A stretch of 64,000 nucleotides of DNA from Escherichia coli. Lineage in GTDB: Bacteria; Pseudomonadota; Gammaproteobacteria; Enterobacterales; Enterobacteriaceae. The translations under genes and the position numbers were made by a program. Positions 61,347-64,000 of this stretch are shown here, piece after piece. Location: the NCBI RefSeq assembly GCF_003334305.1, contig NZ_QOWS01000019.1; one strand, written 5' to 3'. Each line of letters opens with the position of its first letter. Positions within the stretch are counted from its first letter, which is position 1. A model generated the notes under the pieces. That model was not told where the DNA came from, did not search any database, and was given only the letters and a program-made list of their open reading frames with translations.

Positions 61347-63305
61347 TCAGGCGGCATCAGCCAGGTTATCGGTGCGTTCAGTGGTATCCGTCTGTGGATG
61401 TGGTGCACACATCCAGCCAGGCACCCAGCGGTTGTCTTTCATATGGTGCTCTGCATGTTCAGCCGCATCACCTTTCTTCATCTTCTCTGCATCCCGTGCG
61501 GCACCGGACAGTCCGGCATCATTCAGAGCTGCGATAATCTGCGGCTTTTTCAGGTGTCCGAAGAAGTTTGCTTTTGTCGGCTGCCACCAGTCACGCATGT
61601 GAAAACCGATGGCGCTCTCCAGCGTGTCCAGCGGGCTGCGTGACGTGTGACCACACTCGCGGGTCTGAACGCCGTGGATGCTGCACGCGGTGCAGAAACT
61701 GAGCAGGGATAACAGCACCTCCTGACTGAGTGACAGGAACGTCGTCATGTCCCGTGACCATCCCTCCGGTAACAGGGCCGCAAGACGGGCTTTTTCTGCC
61801 ATCATCGCCATGAACGCGGCACCTTCCTTCCCTGACGGCGCATCGCTGGTCAGCGAATAATGTTTACATTCCAGGCTGATTTGTGCTGGTTTACTGTACG
61901 CTCCGCTGCCAAACACATTCAGGCAGAGCGTCCATGCCAGCAGTGCCAGGGATTTGTCCGGTTGCTGCATGAGTGCCGCCTGGACTGCCAGCGTGCGTTC
62001 GGAAGACATTTTCGTCAGCAGTGGCAGACTGATTTCCTCCACTGATGCTTTCTCCTGCACCTGTTCCGTGCGGTCAGCGTCGTCAGCCGCGTCATCCTCG
62101 CTGCGCAACTGCACACCACGCTGGACACACACATTACCGTAACGCCAGGACACCACCACACCGCTTCCGGTACGCATCTCCGGCGTCCACGCTCTGACCT
62201 TCGCCATGCAGCGCATCAGCTTCATTTCTGCTTCCAGCAGGTCGGATTCCTCACACTGGTTTTCCAGCGCGTCGTAACGCGTCATCAGTTCGTTCAGGCG
62301 TTCTTCTTCCGCCTCCGTCAGCACCGCGTCCGGCTCCGGCAGACAGCGGTATGTTCCGGCATCCTCACGGCACTCACCGACAGGCTCCATGCGTCCGGCG
62401 CACCATTCCCAGCCTTCGGCTTCCCGAAGGTGTTCAGCGACAGCCTGGAGTTTTTCCAGCAGGGCAGCATCGAGCGCCACGCGGTCGACATAACCGTCCC
62501 CGTCATCGCTGAACAAATCAGTACGCAGTTCGTCAGGTGAGAAAGCATCAGCCCCCACGAAGCGGAATTTACTGTTCCCCGCCACCGCCACTTCACTTTC
62601 CGTAATCAGATTGCGGATAACCCGCACATCCGGTTTTCCGCCCCATCCCGACTGACAGGCGGCTTCAAACACCTGTACCTGACGCGCGGTGTCGTTCTCC
62701 AGCGCCAGCGCCTGACAGTGTTCGGTAGTGATGCGGTCTTCTGCCAGCGCATCGAGGATGACAGGCGCAAGGTCAGCCAGTTTCAGCATTCGCTGGACAT
62801 AGCGGGGTGAATAGCCCAGCAAATCACCGATTTGTGCAGGTGTTTTGCCTTCCTGCGCCATTGCGCGGAATCCGGCAATCTGTTCAGCAGGGTGCATATC
62901 CCGACGATGACCGTTTTCAGTCATTGATGCCGCCGTCGCCAGCTCCTGCGGAATGACCTTCACACGGACAGGCCAGTCAGCCGGAATGATGCCACGCTCT
63001 GCCAGCATGTTGAGTGCAGCCAGTCGGCGACCACCTGCGGCGACACCGTAACGGTCACCAGGCAGGGTATGCACGACCAGATTCTGCAACAGGCCAACGC
63101 CCTTAATGGACTCCGCCAGTTCGCTGACAGACTCCGCAGAATACGGCACCGTGCGCACATTCAGTGGTGATTTAATCAGTGAGGCCAGCGGCACGCTCAC
63201 TTCCGCCGTCTGCGCCAGCAGGGCAGACAGGGCAGTCTCCTGCTCTTTTGACGGTTTACGGCTGGATTTACGCTCCGTTTTTGTCTTAGACTCTGTAACC
63301 GACAT
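61347..63305 (-). CDS. ParB-like nuclease-domain protein of the leading region
   Basis: 652 aa from ATG 63305; N-terminal ParB/Srx-type motif (GVAAGGRRLAAL) and HTH region; function of the C-terminal two-thirds unknown. Confidence 0.8.
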   Translation of the reverse strand: MSVTESKTKTERKSSRKPSKEQETALSALLAQTAEVSVPLASLIKSPLNVRTVPYSAESVSELAESIKGVGLLQNLVVHTLPGDRYGVAAGGRRLAALNMLAERGIIPADWPVRVKVIPQELATAASMTENGHRRDMHPAEQIAGFRAMAQEGKTPAQIGDLLGYSPRYVQRMLKLADLAPVILDALAEDRITTEHCQALALENDTARQVQVFEAACQSGWGGKPDVRVIRNLITESEVAVAGNSKFRFVGADAFSPDELRTDLFSDDGDGYVDRVALDAALLEKLQAVAEHLREAEGWEWCAGRMEPVGECREDAGTYRCLPEPDAVLTEAEEERLNELMTRYDALENQCEESDLLEAEMKLMRCMAKVRAWTPEMRTGSGVVVSWRYGNVCVQRGVQLRSEDDAADDADRTEQVQEKASVEEISLPLLTKMSSERTLAVQAALMQQPDKSLALLAWTLCLNVFGSGAYSKPAQISLECKHYSLTSDAPSGKEGAAFMAMMAEKARLAALLPEGWSRDMTTFLSLSQEVLLSLLSFCTACSIHGVQTRECGHTSRSPLDTLESAIGFHMRDWWQPTKANFFGHLKKPQIIAALNDAGLSGAARDAEKMKKGDAAEHAEHHMKDNRWVPGWMCAPHPQTDTTERTDNLADAA

Positions 63306-63368
63306 ATATTTCTCCTTTGACCGGGATGGTTGTATGTCTGCCGGACGCATTCCCGTCCGGCACCTCTC

Positions 63369-64000
<632 letters not shown>

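Overview
This window reads as a segment of an F-like (IncFII/RepFIIA) conjugative colicin/virulence plasmid of Enterobacteriaceae (ColV/ColIa type); all calls rest on reading the six-frame translations and the DNA by eye against remembered protein families, with no database search run. From the 5' end: the distal part of the salmochelin locus (iroC 3' part, iroD, iroE, convergent iroN); a class I DAHP synthase with a near-consensus Fur box in its promoter; a decayed partial copy of a backbone segment; the two convergent colicin V operons (cvaA-cvaB and cvi-cvaC); a small cluster of metabolic gene remnants; colicin Ia and its immunity gene with a LexA-box promoter; a DnaQ-like exonuclease; a ParE/RHH toxin-antitoxin pair; the RepFIIA replicon (oriR, repA1, tap, copA, repA2); a secreted thermonuclease; intact finO; the complete F-type transfer operon traX back to traM on the minus strand; oriT; and the leading region (lytic transglycosylase orf169, hok/mok, psiA, psiB, ParB-like protein, partial ssb). 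No transposase, rRNA, tRNA or CRISPR array was found. Main second-look items: direct repeats bracketing the colicin V locus, a ~90-bp hairpin module present three times (candidate primase ssi sites), an apparent frameshift removing the conserved SSB C-terminal tip, and a Fur-controlled plasmid DAHP synthase. I did not identify a clearly novel multi-gene system; the candidates of unknown function are flagged as such.
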